Source: Octopus vulgaris (Eukaryota). Taken from it: a DNA stretch of 64,000 nucleotides. A model generated the notes under the pieces. It saw only the letters and a list, made by a program, of their open reading frames with translations, made no database searches and was not told the origin of the DNA. Positions 12,811-26,148 of the stretch are shown here, piece by piece. Position numbers and translations under genes: made by a program. The first letter of the stretch is position 1, and every line of letters starts with the position of its first letter. Location of the stretch: the NCBI GenBank assembly GCA_951406725.2, contig OX597823.1:54622001-54686000 (forward strand). Reading direction: 5' to 3'.

Positions 12811-13203
12811 CTAGCAGTATAGCCCGGCGTTGCTCGGGTTTCCTTCGACCCTTTAGAATTGGAATTTTTGAAAAGTAAAAATTTTGCATTATGTAGCTAG
12901 TTATTCTCTTCAAGTGAACATTTTTCTGGTTGAAATACACCGAAAAACGGCGACACAGCAGTCAAAAAATCGTAAACAAATAGGGATTTTCATAGAAAAA
13001 ACCCCCACTTTTCTGATGTAAAGAATTTTTGGTGTTAACATAGTCCGATTTGAATTTTTTCTTCTAAGGAAGGAAGAGCAAGCCTTCTTCTATCATACTC
13101 TCAATTTTGGTCAACTTGCACCGCAGGGTCTCGGAGGAGATAGTGTTAGTTGAAGGCTACCAAACCGGCCATACACAGACAACTTCAGCTTTATATATAG
13201 AGA
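12811..13203 (-). mobile_element. Non-autonomous Helitron with a different interior
   Basis: Same 3' CTAG and hairpin (CTAGCAGTATAGCCCGGCGTTGCTCGGG on plus) and similar 5' TCTATATATAAA end; middle largely unrelated. Confidence 0.8.
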
Positions 13204-13701
13204 GAGGTTAGAAAATTGTATATGGATTGTTGTGGTGTGAGAAGGCCGTGTAGGTTCAGAGTGAAAAAACTGAATACAAGAGAAAAAAACTGGCTGTTAT
13301 GGTGCTGCATCTGGGAAACGTTTTGGGGCTGCCTAAATGGCGTCGCTGATTCGACACTGACATCAAACATGTTTTTTTCCCTCTCCTCATCTCTCCCTTC
13401 ATTTGTTTATGTGTGTGAGCATCTAGCTATGTTCGTACCTATATGTAATCTCACTACATCTCTTTCTGTGTCTATATTTTTGCGCATACACATGCGTGTA
13501 TGTCTGTATATATGTATGTATGTAAGCGCGCGCGCGTGTCTGTTTGCCTCCTATGCTAAAATGTACTGTCGTTAAGACAGATTAAATCTCCAGTCAACCT
13601 TGCCAAATAGTTGGCGTCAATCAGCTGCGCCCAATCAGCTCATTCTGAGTTAGCTATTCCTTGTTTTGTAGTACTGTTTCGTAAAGAGGTTGTTGAGAGT
13701 A

Positions 13702-14094
13702 TCTTTATATATAAAAGTGAGGTTGTGTGCTGTCTGTCTCCTACGATTTAGATTTCTAACTACTCCCACATTTTGCGGTGCAGTTTAACCAAAACCGGGT
13801 ATCTTATAGTCGTGATTCATATCGAGCCCTTCTGGGTATTAGCGCGCGTCTACGGTGAGTCTACGATTAAAAAAAAATTACCATCAATTTTTCCCATTTT
13901 TAATGCATTTTTGGCATATATAAGGGAAGTAACTCTCTAAAAATTTATTATTAAATCTCAGAACGTAAAAAGCTACAGTAACACCCCCCTTTGTGGTTAG
14001 CCATATTGAGATGGCTATTATACTTTACATCTCTAAAAATGCTTATATAGTTATTTCCCTTACAAACCCGAGCAACGCCGGGCGATACTGCTAG
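13702..14094 (+). mobile_element. Non-autonomous Helitron
   Basis: A|TC...CCCGAGCAACGCCGGGCGATACTGCTAG|T. Confidence 0.9.
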
Positions 14095-14305
14095 TTAAGT
14101 ATAAGTGGATAACGTGGGATGGAATAAAAAGCTTTACTGATGTCGATGGTGTGTGTGGGGTTCGTTTTGTTCTTGATGCTGTCATATATTCTCTAAGTAA
14201 GGTTCTGTAAATGACAGTTTTTTGGGGGTTAACATGCAGTTTACAGTCATAAAAATGTGAAAGTAAATTGTCCTAAAAACAATGAATGTAAATTGCGATA
14301 CATAC

Positions 14306-14362
14306 AGAAATGACGACAGTAATATCATAGTACTCTGGAATGGTATATCTCAACTGCGACTT
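14306..14362 (-). CDS. Candidate internal exon (KSQLRYTIPEYYDITVVIS), unknown gene
   Basis: TTTCAG acceptor and GTATGT donor, 57 nt, only one open frame. No homology recognised. Confidence 0.2.
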
Positions 14363-14509
14363 CTGAAATACATAACATATCACTTGAAGGTACAAAAGAT
14401 GTAGGTGCATGTGAACATGATATAATAAGGGAGTCATGTTCTTTTTATGCGCTTATATTGACTATTTCTGATGTCTAACTGGGGCTTGTATTGTTACGTT
14501 GTCTTATAA

Positions 14510-14930
14510 CGCGGCGTGCTAGCAGTGAGATTTCGTTCGTTTTTACGCTCTGAGTTCAAATTCTGCCGAGGTCGACTTTGCCTTTCATCCTTTCGGTGTC
14601 GATAAAGTAAGTACCAGTTGAGTACTAGAGTCAATGTAATCGACTAGCTCCCTCCCAGCAAGTTTCAGACCTTGAGCCTATAGTAGAAAGGATTATTACG
14701 TTGTCTTATAATGAGGCGAGCCGGCAGAATCATTAGCATGCCGGACGAAATGCTTAGCAGCATTTCTTCCGGTTTTACCTCCTGAGTTCAAATTCCACCT
14801 CGGTCTACTTTGCCTTTCATTCTTTCGGAATCGATAAAATATGGATCAGTTAAGCAATGAGAGTCAATGTAATCGACTTAACCCCTTCCCTCAAGAACTG
14901 TAGGTCTTGTGTCAAAATTTGAAACCGATA
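14510..14930 (+). mobile_element. Two tandem OK-like SINEs with different 3' tails
   Basis: First ends CCTATAGTAGAAAGGATTATT; second ends CAAAATTTGAAACC. Confidence 0.8.
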
Positions 14931-16108
14931 GTATGTTGCTTCACGGAATAAGTCAACGTATTCTGAAAATATCTATGCAGTTGCGTAGTGTAGCTCGTAC
15001 CATTGTGCTTATTTGAAATTTATATTGTCATCTTTTCATCGACGTGCAAGTGCATTTTGGTGGTGACAATTGGTTGGTGACCTACGGAAACTTGTGAAAT
15101 TATTTGCCTGATGGTTGTGTTAGTAAGACGCACGGAAGAGAAGGTGACCATTTATTGTTAATTTGGTTGGGTATATTTGAGAGTACAGTGAACTCATACT
15201 AAACAATACTATTGTAAGGGAGGCAACTTTACTGTACACATGGGACATAACTGTGCATAGCTTATCTTGGCGTTCAAAGCCATTTTACTGCGTTTAGTAT
15301 CGTATTTGTAATATTCTGTCTTCTATTTGTTTCTCTCATTGGACTGCGGCTGTACTGGGGCACCACCTTGAAAGGTTCAGACGAACAAACCTAATCCACC
15401 CTAGTACTTATTTCTTAAAGCCAGATATTTATTCTATCGATTTCTTTTTTCAGAACTGCTAGATTACGGCAGCATAAACAAATCAACACCAGTTGCCAAA
15501 CGGTGGAGGGGCTTAACACAAACATAGAAACATACATATTTCGATATATATATATATGTTCTAATCCTTCAATCCCGTTGTCCCCTACCCATCTCTCCCC
15601 CTTCCACGTGACCGGTGTCCGGCCAGCATTGATCTTTTTTTCTTGGCCTTACTGTCGACCGCCAACAACTCTTGTGTGCATCTGCCATGTTTCTGCCTTT
15701 AGGCTTTCATTTCACACACGCCAGCTCAATTTAATTCGTTCTCAGTCGAAAGACGCCTGTTGTTATTTCTTGTTGTTTGTATTTGTAATTGTGTACCATG
15801 TTCTCCGTTTTTTTTGTTTGCTTGTTTTTTTTAAATCTTTATTGCAGTACACATTCGCTGGCTTTCTTACAAAGGGGTCTAATGCTCTTAGCTTAGACTT
15901 TTTTGGGGGCAACCAGATCGAACCATCTCAAGTATAACTGCTCGAAATGGTTATGACTTCTAGGACTTGACTGATGAAAGAAAGCCAAGAATGACTTTTT
16001 TTTGCCTGTCCTTCTAATTGTTGTTTCCTCTTATCTGCCTTTGTAACGTCTATCTGTCTGAACGTTTTAATGCCCTATATTGCGTTTTTGTTCCATACAT
16101 ACATACAA

Positions 16109-16178
<70 letters not shown>

Positions 16179-16226
16179 GTAGAAGGATGAAAAGGAACAC
16201 ATGAGTTGATATATATATATATATAT

Positions 16227-17108
16227 GGAAAAAAAAATCAAGGTAGAAAATGCTAAAATAATTTTATAAAAAACACTTCAGTACCGTTTCAGTCATTGAG
16301 ACTTCTGCAATTGTAAGCATGGAAAACAATTAAATTTTGGAAAAATTAAATGAAAAGTTTTTTAAAAGAATATTTGCATAGTATTCAAATACAAGTGGCA
16401 TTTTCCTTGTTTCTGCCTGTCTCTGTCTCTCTTGTTTACACTTGTGAGTTCGAGGTTGTTGTGAATTCTTGGCAGAGAAAAAGAAGGAGAAGGAGAAGAA
16501 TGCAGGAGTGCTATGATAGTAGTAGGATGTTAAATGCTCAAGTGCCCTGAAAGTGACTTGTTGTAGATAGTAGTAGTGATTGAATTCTTGAGATACCGTT
16601 TTTGAATGTATTGTTTATAATATTTGTGTAGTTGTTATTCTAAACAGCAGCAGTAGTAAATTAAGGAAGGAGGTGGTGGAGAGGAAGAAGAAGAAGAAGG
16701 AGAAAGGGAAGAAGAGAGAATGATAAGGGAATGTGGGATTATAGCAGAGATTGGGACTGTTTTTAATAAATTCTTGGGTATCTCTTGAATGTATCATTTT
16801 TAATATTTGCATGTATGTTATTCTAAGGCCGTGGTGGATATGTCGTTTGTTGTAGATGCATTCAAAAGGGGTCTGTATTTTGTAATAAAGAGAGTCTGCA
16901 TCAATTTAATTGAGGGATCAGAGTTCTTCAAACAGGGACAACCTTGTATTTGAATACTATGCAAATATTCTTTTAAAAACTTTCATTTAATTTTTCCAAA
17001 ATTTAATTGTTTCCCATGCTTACAATTGAAGAAGTCTTAATGACTGAAACTGGTACTGAAATGTTTTTTATAAAATTATTTTAGCATTTTCTACCTTGAC
17101 ATATTTCC
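16227..17108 (-). mobile_element. 5'-truncated Penelope-like retroelement: GIY-YIG C-terminal remnant, 3' UTR, hammerhead-like motif and inverted terminal copy
   Basis: Inverted arms at 16227-16395/16943-17108. Minus strand 16852-16942 translates ..SIKLMQTLFITKYRPLLNAS, resembling the PLE GIY-YIG E-x-x-FI-x-x-x-x-P-x-LN tail. TTGAAGA-AGTC-TTAAT-GACT-GAAA-CTGG-TA at 17026-17055. Confidence 0.7.
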
Positions 17109-17649
17109 ATATATATATACATATATATATAGAGAGAGAGACAGACAGAGAAGGCTGTGCCCCTGCACAAAGCAGTGCCCCATCCTGGCCACAGGTTAAT
17201 GACTGAAACAAGTAAGAGAACACACACACACACACACACAATAAGCCTCCTATATCCTTCCACTAAATCAATCCACAAAGGCTTTGGTCAATCTGGGGTT
17301 GTAGTAGAAGACACTTGCCCAAGGTGTCACATGGTGAGACTGATCCCAAAAGCATGAAGCTTGGAACCGAACCTTCCAGCACATAGCCTAGCCATGCCTG
17401 CATCCAATGTTTGGAGCTGTTATAGCTTTTCTGTAAAATTCCAATAATTTCCTTTTTGTCACAATCCAAATTAAATTTTTCAAATAAAATAGCATTTGAT
17501 GCAAATTACAATTCACATTTTATTACCAGAATTTCATTTTCATAAAAATTCTTTAAAAAATAACAAAAATCAAAACAATTTTTGCAAACATGAAAATGCC
17601 ACAAGTGATGAGCAGAAATTGACATTTGACCTAGCATTGAAATATAGTT

Positions 17650-18080
17650 ACTCTCTCTTTTACTCTTTTATTTGTTTCAGTCATTTGACTGTGGTCATGC
17701 TGGAGCACCGCCTTTAGTTGAGCAAGTCAACCCCAAGACTTATTCTTTGTAGGTCTACTACTTATTTTATCGGTCTCTTTTGCCGAACTGCTAAGTTACG
17801 GGGACGTACACACACCAGCATCGGTTATCAAGTGATGTTTGGGAGACAAACACAGACACACAAACATATACACACACATACATACATCTATATATATATA
17901 TATATATATACATATATATGGCAGGCTTCTTTCAGTTTCCGTCTACCAAATTCACTCACAAGGCTTTGGTTGGCCCGAGGCTATAGTAGAAGACACTTGC
18001 CCAAGGTGCCACGCAGTGGGACTGAACCCGGAACCATGTGGTTGGTATGCAAGCTACTTACCACACAGCCATTCCTACGC
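17650..18080 (-). mobile_element. Full-length CORE-type SINE
   Basis: Complete head, CORE, microsatellite and tail. Confidence 0.9.
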
Positions 18081-18139
18081 CTAAAATAAAATTATTAATA
18101 ATAATAAAATTATTAATAATAAAAAACAAAAAAATTCAA

Positions 18140-18308
18140 TAAAAGTTTTTACATATTTATTGTATTTCGATTGCATTGTCATTGAATAAGTTTGTTGAGC
18201 TATCTGCATTCTTCTTCCCTTTATAACTTCTCTTCAGTCAAAGAAAACATCTCAATCTTTTCAATTCAAATATCAAATTGAGAATAAATAAACTATTGAA
18301 TAAAGTAT
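18140..18308 (-). other. Candidate 3'-terminal exon (ILYSIVYLFSI* plus 3' UTR)
   Basis: TTTCCAG acceptor (AG at 18309-18310), stop at 18273-18275 in phase 0, AATAAA at 18156-18161 followed by U-rich sequence. Confidence 0.25.
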
Positions 18309-18491
18309 CTGGAAACTGAACAAAATATTTTATCAAAATCCCGATATCTTATATTTCTTATAGATTTGTACTAAATGCTGGTTAAACATATTTTTGGCAA
18401 TTGTCACATGTGCAATATTGGTACCTGTTTTATGATTAACTGACTATATCAGAATACATCTATTTTTTATTTATGTATGTATACATAAGTA

Positions 18492-18825
18492 CAGGCATGG
18501 CTGTGTGGTAAGAAGCTTGCTTCCCAACCACATGGGTCTGGGTTCAGTCCCACTGCGTGACACCTCGGGCAAGTGTCTTCTTCTATAGCCTCGGGGCGAC
18601 CAAAGCCTTGTGAGTGGATTTGGTAGATGGAAACTGAAAGAAGCCTGTTAAAAATATGTATATATATGTGTGTGTGTGTGTGTTTGTGTTTTTCTTTCCA
18701 TCACCACTTGACAACCGGTGTTGGAGTGTTTACTTCCCTGTAACTTAGCAGTTCAGCAAAACAGATTGATAGAATAAGTACTAGGCTTAAGAAAATAAGT
18801 CCTGGGAGTCAACTTGTTTAACTAA
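18492..18825 (+). mobile_element. CORE-type SINE
   Basis: Family match; inverted relative to 17650-18080. Confidence 0.85.
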
Positions 18826-19307
18826 AGGGTTAAAATAATTTAATTTCAGAGTAAAATATTAATATTGAACAAAAAGAAAATATTTCAAGAGCTGAAAATG
18901 CCTTTATAAAATAAACTAAGCGAAAATGTGGTCAACAGCAACACAAACACACAAGTCCTCTTTGCTAAAGGAAAAAGATTTCTTGCTATTTTGTGTAGAA
19001 AAAGCATCATTGTCAGGGTACTAAACAACACAGAATATTTGAATATGAATGTTTTCCAAGAGAAAAGGAGCAATGTGGGTAAGATATGTTTTGAAGCTTC
19101 ACAGAACAGTGTTTCTTCCCCTGCCTTCGCTCTCTCTCTCTCTCTCTGCCTTATCCTGTATGAGTGGATTCCAAACTTATTGACGGTACCTGTATGTGTG
19201 TAAGTTGGAATAAAATACCATTTCATGTAGCAGAAAACTCCTTCAAGGAGGAACTTGATAAAACTGTAAGTAAGTAGTGAGTAATAATAATAATAATAAT
19301 AATAATA

Positions 19308-19486
19308 ATGGTTTCAAATTTTGGCACAAGTTCAGGACATTCGAGGGATGGAGTAAGTTGATTACATTAACCCCAGTCCTCAACTGGTACCTCTCAGCAG
19401 CATTTGAACTCAAAATGTAAGGACAGATGAAATGCCACTAAGCATTTTGCCCAGCATGCTAATGATTCTGCCAGCTTGCTGCCATC

Positions 19487-19528
<42 letters not shown>

Positions 19529-19977
19529 CCTTTCTGCTAAAGGCTCAAGGCCTGAAATTTTGTGGGAAGGAGACTAGTTGATGACATCAACCCCAGTGTT
19601 TCACAGGTACTTAATTTATTGACCCTGAAAGGATGAAAGGCAAAGTCACCCTTAGCAGAATTTGAACTCAGAACATAAAGACAGATGAAATGTTACTAAG
19701 CATTTTGTCCAGTGTGCCAACGGTTCTGCCAACTTGCCACCGCATCAATAATAATAAGGATAATAATAATATTTTCTACGATAAGTAGAAGGCCTGAAAT
19801 TTTGGGAGAGGGGACTAGTTACTATCATCGATTCCAGTGCTTCACTGATACTTTATTTTATTTACCCTGAAAGAATGAAAGGCAAAGTCGACCTTTGAAT
19901 TCAGAATGCAAAACTGGAAAGAATGTGCCAAGCATTTTGTCTGGCATGCTAATGATTCTGTCAACTTGCTGCCTTAA
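19308..19977 (-). mobile_element. Three tandem OK-like SINEs separated by (AAT)n
   Basis: Copies at about 19308-19485, 19527-19742 and 19772-19977. Confidence 0.8.
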
Positions 19978-22782
19978 TAATTTCAAATTTTTGCACAAGA
20001 GCAGCAATTTTGGGGGACAAAGTAAGTCTTTCAAATTGAGCTGGTCAAGGATATATTTCATTGCCTGCATGAATAATAAGTGAAACAAACACGTGAACAT
20101 GTTTATTACTGGACATAAAGACATTGGGTGTCAGTAATTTACAATGAACAATATTAATAATTGCCAGATGAGATGAGATAGAGAGAAAATCTGTGCCATG
20201 CTCATAGAAGTTACTTATGATTCATTTGTGTGAGTGTTCAGAATGGGTCTGTCCAAGAACCTAGAGTTGTCTCCCCAAATGTCCAGAACCATTTGAATGG
20301 CAAGAGTGAAGGTGTGTGAGATAGTCAGACGCTTTCAACAATTTGCAACTAATTGAGTGTTAAAAATGGTTTTTATAGTGGGCAAGAGGTTTTATTCTAG
20401 AACAATCGAGAAAACCATATCATGCCACATTCCCATGCTGATTGGTTGATTTAAAGATCAATTACATGAAACTACGGTGGTTCACTTGTGATGTTTGTTC
20501 GAGTATCTAGTGGCTAGATTTCAAATCACCACTACAGCTTCAATGGCTAATCAGTTATGAATAAAAAAAAAAAAATTGGTAAGTATGCTTCCATATAATC
20601 CCTTTCTTTTAAAACACACCCTACTGTCTTAAAAAGGGTTCATCACATTGGATAACAAAACTGTCGATATAATTCATCTGAAATTTTCTCCGAGATAGAG
20701 ATTGCCACAACTGGAGTGCTGTTCATCATAAGTCTGCTCAATCTGGAGCTAACGGTATGGTCATGAATTGGATACCTTTGATCATAAGTCTGCTAGACCA
20801 GAATAGGGCTGGGACTAAACAGCAACAATGATCATTAAGGTTATGTTATGATGTCTTTGTGCTTTGTTTCATTTATTTTCTTCCAGTCTAACTACATTTA
20901 TAATCACTTTCATGTTCTCTCTCTCTAATTTTTCTCTTGAAAAACAATTATTGTAATTTGCTGAAGTCGACTTTACCTTTTGTCCCTCCGAGGCCAATAT
21001 CAGTGAGATACTAGAGTCGATGATATCAACTAACTCTCTCTCTTCAAATTTGCAGACCTTGTGCTTAAATCAGAAACCATTATTTTTTACTTTTTTATGC
21101 CCAGAATGAGCAATAATTTGTTTCATTGAAATACAGGTATTTATTATTCTGGACAGAATTAAGTAAAATAAAGTGAAACAATATTGAAATAATAGAAACA
21201 ATTAATTGATCAAAATGCATATTCATTTTTAACTGTTTTTATTTCTTTACACATTATATACAACATAATTTTGATGATTAAATAATGTATATGCATACAA
21301 TATCTTTAGTGAATTTAACATTTTCATAATTGGGATGCCTGTCAGATCCCCTTGGTATAGTGAATTGACTTTGACCAGTAAAAATCTTTATGTCTATGGA
21401 TCCCCAACTCTACTCAGAGCACAACACAACTGACCATATGGGAACACATTAGTAGAGTGAAAGATTAAGGTAGAAACAGTGATACATAGATAGGTTGGTA
21501 GGTAGATAAATAGGTAGATAGATAGTTAGATAGATAGATAGAAAGATAGATGAATAGATGGATAGGTACATAAATTGATAGATGAACTGTTAACCCCTAC
21601 ACATTTTTTTCTCTGTTTTATTTGTTATCTCTCCATTTTTTTCCCTCTCAATCCTTTCTGTAGGCTTGAAACATCAAAGACTTTTCCATTCTTCTCGAGC
21701 GTCAAACTAATACACCTGCTTGTTGTTCTCTCACCTGTCTTTGTCTTTTTTTTTTCTGTAAATTTGAACTAGATAGATAGATAGCTGGCATTTCGTATTG
21801 TGTAAAAAGTAACTTATTAAAAATTGAACGAATTCATTCGTAAGCTTTGAGAGAAATTGAAAGAATGTAGTCTCATTTTCTTTCTATTTCTTATTAACTT
21901 AACTTCTTTTGAATGAAATAGAAACTTGATACCTTTAAAGATCATATTGAGAAATATATGTGTATCTGTGTACATATATACATAGAGCAAAAAGCTAGGG
22001 AGAGGTGGATTGGCAAACTAAACCAGAAGTTATGTTGCAGATAGACAGATTTGGCAAAAATTATTTGAGCAATTATTATTAAGGTGGCGAGCTGGCAGAA
22101 TCATTAGTATGCTGGGCAAATTGCTTAGTGGTATATCACCTGTCTATATGTTCCGAGTTCAAATTCTGCCAAGGTCAACTGTACCTCTTTCCTCTTTAAG
22201 GGTCGATAAAATAAGTACTAGATGAGTATTGGAGTCAATGTAATCGATTTGTGCCTATAGTAGAAGGGATTATTGTTATTAGTTGTTTTGAAACTCTGTT
22301 TAATTTGGTTGCAAACAAAACAGGATTTTGATGGAAACAGAACGTGAAATTTTGATGCAAAACAAAAAAAAAAATTAAAAGAAAGAAAAGAAAACGAGCA
22401 GCAACAAAAACAAGAACAAAAAAGAATAACAAGAAAATATAAATTACAATGGAAAAAGAAGGAAGCAACAACAAAATTGAAAGAAAGAAAGAAATTTAGG
22501 AAAAAAATATCAAAAATATATATATTTTTTTTTAATGGAAGACAAAAGCTTTTCTTTTTAATTTCTTTTGAAATACATTTCACAGATCAAGGAATTTCCT
22601 TTAAAAGGTAAGTTTGGAAACTATTTACATAAAAAAAAGAAAGCAATTATAATAAATAAGTTCCGGGCTTGAAAGTCATTCTTAAGACATTACAGCTGGT
22701 CAACGTTCATTCTTCAATAAAATTAGGAAAAATAAAAAATAAATAAAATAAAATAAAACAAATAAAAAAAAAACGTGTTTAC

Positions 22783-22875
22783 CTTTTCCTCATACCACTT
22801 GGGATTGTTGCTTTTATAAACCAGTGAAGCAGGACTAATATGGTTGCTTATACTTTTTCCAGCATCTACATAAAT
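22783..22875 (-). CDS. Candidate internal coding exon (IYVDAGKSISNHISPASLVYKSNNPKWYEEK), unknown gene
   Basis: TTATTTCTTTATAG acceptor and AAG|GTAAAC donor; 93 nt, phase 0-0; the other two frames are closed. Lies in a TE-poor island. Confidence 0.4.
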
Positions 22876-23929
22876 CTATAAAGAAATAAGTCAACAACAA
22901 CAACAACAACCGCAATAGCAACATCAATATCAACAACAATTGCAATAGCAGCAACGGCACCAACATGGCAATCTCACTGTTGTTTGAGAAGAATAGGAAT
23001 GACTAAAATTAGATTTCTTCCATAGCTCTAAAGAATTTTTCCTCTTGAAACGATAGCAGACAAAAATAAAAAAAAAAGCAATATATTTTTATGTGTGTGT
23101 GTGTGTATGTGTTTGTGTGAGAGAGAGAGAGAATGAAAGAGGGAGAGAAAATATAAAAATAAAATATATAATGAAGTGAGCCTAAATTGAAAAAAAAAAA
23201 TGATAATTTGTTGTCGTTGCATAGAAATCCCAAATTGAGAAACCAAAAAAAATTCTTCAAGAATCCAAGCTGGATGTAGGAGTTCAGTATAATTTAATAA
23301 GATGATAGTGAATTAGCTGCAAAATATGTTTCCTCACAAATTAACATTAGTTTATTTTTTTCCCCCTTTAGTCCCAGATCCTGCTTTTCGTTCTCTGTCA
23401 GCATCTATATTTGACAATGAAAGAAGCTTCTATGTGGTTGCTCCACTTGTTAGAAATAGCAACCAAATCTCTCTCAAATCATGCTCTACCTTGCTACCAT
23501 GAGAAAGGAAAAGGCACATTGAAGTGTGTACCTCTAGGCATATTTCTATAGAAGACGGTTTGGTCACGACTTGAATGCCTTTCATGATAGGTCTTCTCAA
23601 CTAGAGATTACTTGTGGCTAAACAACTTTTATCATCATGAATCAAACAGGGTGCATCAATGTGGGTGTTTGACTTACTAGAAATAACAAACAAATCTCCC
23701 TTAAAGCACATTACTGTTTTTGTAAAAAGAGAACGATACTTTTAGATCAATATAATCTAAATATGCTACAAAAATTTCAAAATATGCTCTTAAAAAGAAA
23801 ATTGACAATGAACAAAATAACATAGATCGTGTGCAGAGAGAGAGAGAGAGAGGAAGGAAGAGAGAGAGAAAGGGAAAGAGAGGGTGGGGGAATAGTAATT
23901 CAATTTCAGAGCAAAATATTAATGTTGAA

Positions 23930-24385
23930 CAGGTGTGGCTGTGTTGTAAGAAGCTTGCTTCCCAAGCACATAGTTCTGGGTTCAGTCTCACTGCGTTGTA
24001 CCTTGGACAAGTGTCTTCTACTATAAGTCTAGGGCTGACCAAAGCCTTGTGAGTGGAATTGGTAGATATAAACTGAAAGAAACCTGTCGTATATATATCA
24101 TCATCATCATCGTTTAATGTCCATTTTCCATGCTAGCATGGGCTGGACAGTTTGACCGGGGTCTGGGAAATATTTGTGTGTCTGTGTTAGTCCCCCACCA
24201 TTGCTTGACAACTGATGTTGGTGTGTTTACATCTCCATAACTTGGTGGTTTGGCAAAAGAGATCGATAGAATAAGTACAATGCTTACAAAGAATAAATCC
24301 TGGGGTTGATTTGCTCAACTAAAGGTGGTGCTCCAGCATGGCTGCAGTCAAATGACTGAAACAAGTAAAAGAATAAAAGAATGAA
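23930..24385 (+). mobile_element. CORE-type SINE with a small RTE-like insert
   Basis: Family match. It interrupts a repeat seen uninterrupted at 18845-18900. Confidence 0.8.
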
Positions 24386-25148
24386 TAAAAAGAAAATATT
24401 TTAGCAGATAAAAATGTCTGTTTGAAAACCTCGAGTGGAAGTTGTAGGTGCAATGCGTCTGGAAAAAGACGTGGGAATGGTCACAGTTGGAATGTCTTTT
24501 ATAAGTCCATTCGACCAGGACTGACCTAAAGCCAAACAACATTAGTGGTTTTACCTTGTTCTTTAACCTCAATTATGGTTGCACCGCGATGGTAAGCAAT
24601 ACCAGGCAGTCAAACAGAGCAGTAGTTGAGTATTGTGAATTGTTATGGGTTAATAGCTAAGTCATTAAAATTAAGAGGGAAATAATTAAAGTCATCAGAG
24701 TGAAAAGCATAATTTTGATTCTGAGTTTGAGTGCTGCCCTGGTCAGTTTTGCCTTCCATCTTTTTGAGGGAAGCTAAATACTGTATTAGCTGCGACAGAA
24801 ATACAAATATTTCCATCCTCACAAATCGGTAGCACCATCTAAGCTTAGTCACCCGTCGGGGCCCTGAGTTTTGCTCAAGATCTCACTTCAGCATTTACAT
24901 TTATAGCCAGCAAAATGACTTCTATGTAGCTGCTCCACCTGTAAGAAATAGCAGCCAAATCTTCCTTAAATAAAATACTATCTTGCAATCCATGGAAGGA
25001 AACGGACACATTGGGTAATGTGACTCTGGACAGATTTTTAATAAGAGGGGATGGTCATGGCTGCGATGCCTCTCATCATTGGTTCTGCTCAACTGGATTA
25101 GCGGTATTGTCAGAACATCAGACGAGATGTGCTACAGTATCTGTTTCA

Positions 25149-25572
25149 GGTGTCACTTTATCGTGCGATCTACCTCGCCATTTATATTTTAAAGTGCAGT
25201 GTAACCCTAACTCTAAACCAGTGGTTCTCAATCATTTTTTTTTCTGCCTATGGACATCTTTGATTTCTATTTTAAATGGATGGACCCTCATAGCCATTCA
25301 ATGTTTAAAAAAAATCCTATTGTATTTTTATAATGAAATATTATTATGAATTGTATAAAAAAGGTGTTAAAATATTTTTGTGTACTGTAGCAGTATAACC
25401 AATTCATTGCACATAAGCTTTAACAACGAAATCTTATATGGAACCCTAAAGGTCATGTAGACTCCGGTTGAAAACCATTGTCCTGAACCCCAACCCTAAC
25501 CCTAACCCAGTTCAGGTAATTTCTCAGCATAGACTATGGATACTGTAGCAGACTGCATGCTAAAGTGACACC
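25149..25572. mobile_element. GG-terminal MITE with 8-bp TSD and TAACCC repeats, containing a nested hAT/Charlie-type MITE (about 25219-25480)
   Basis: TIRs GGTGTCACTTTA..TAAAGTGACACC; TSD CTGTTTCA/CTGTTCCA; inner element CAGTGGTTCTCAA..TTGAAAACCATTG. Confidence 0.75.
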
Positions 25573-25854
25573 CTGTTCCAACACTTTTCATGATGAATAT
25601 CTCCTCTTCTTATTGCTGGCCACTTTATTGTGGTAAACAAGGCATTCGATATCCAGCTAATGGTGATAGGCCTTGATATCAGATAGAAAGCAGCTTGTCA
25701 ATTAAAGCAGTATCCTGGCTGACTCTATGTATCCTGTACAAAACAAGGTGAAAGTGAATGCTAAATAGAAAAGAAAATGTCGGAGGATGTAGGATAGCAC
25801 ATAAGACATATAATACTATATCTCTTAAGATAGGAGATATAGCCTAATTCTTGC

Positions 25855-26148
25855 ACCAGAATGGATGCTTTATCTCTGCTGAGTATAGAAGCAAATGTAT
25901 TACATGGGATTAATTTTGAGGATCTGATCAAAGATGTTACAATTAAAAAAATAGAAGAAAACTTTTCAAACATAAATAGTGGAAACATACAAAAATAAAC
26001 ATTATTTTCCCTCTCACTGTTTTGTTTCATTTTGAAAAATAAAAATTTATTTTATGGTTTATTATTGTTTGTATTTTGAATTACACAGCTATGGAGGCAT
26101 CAAAGTCTTTTAATGCTCCGGACCTCTATGAGTCTTAATTTGGCCCTG
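25855..26148 (+). mobile_element. hAT transposase C-terminal (dimerisation domain) remnant and right TIR
   Basis: Translates RMDALSLLSIEANVLHGINFEDLIKDVTIKK; ends ..TTAATTTGGCCCTG. Confidence 0.7.
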
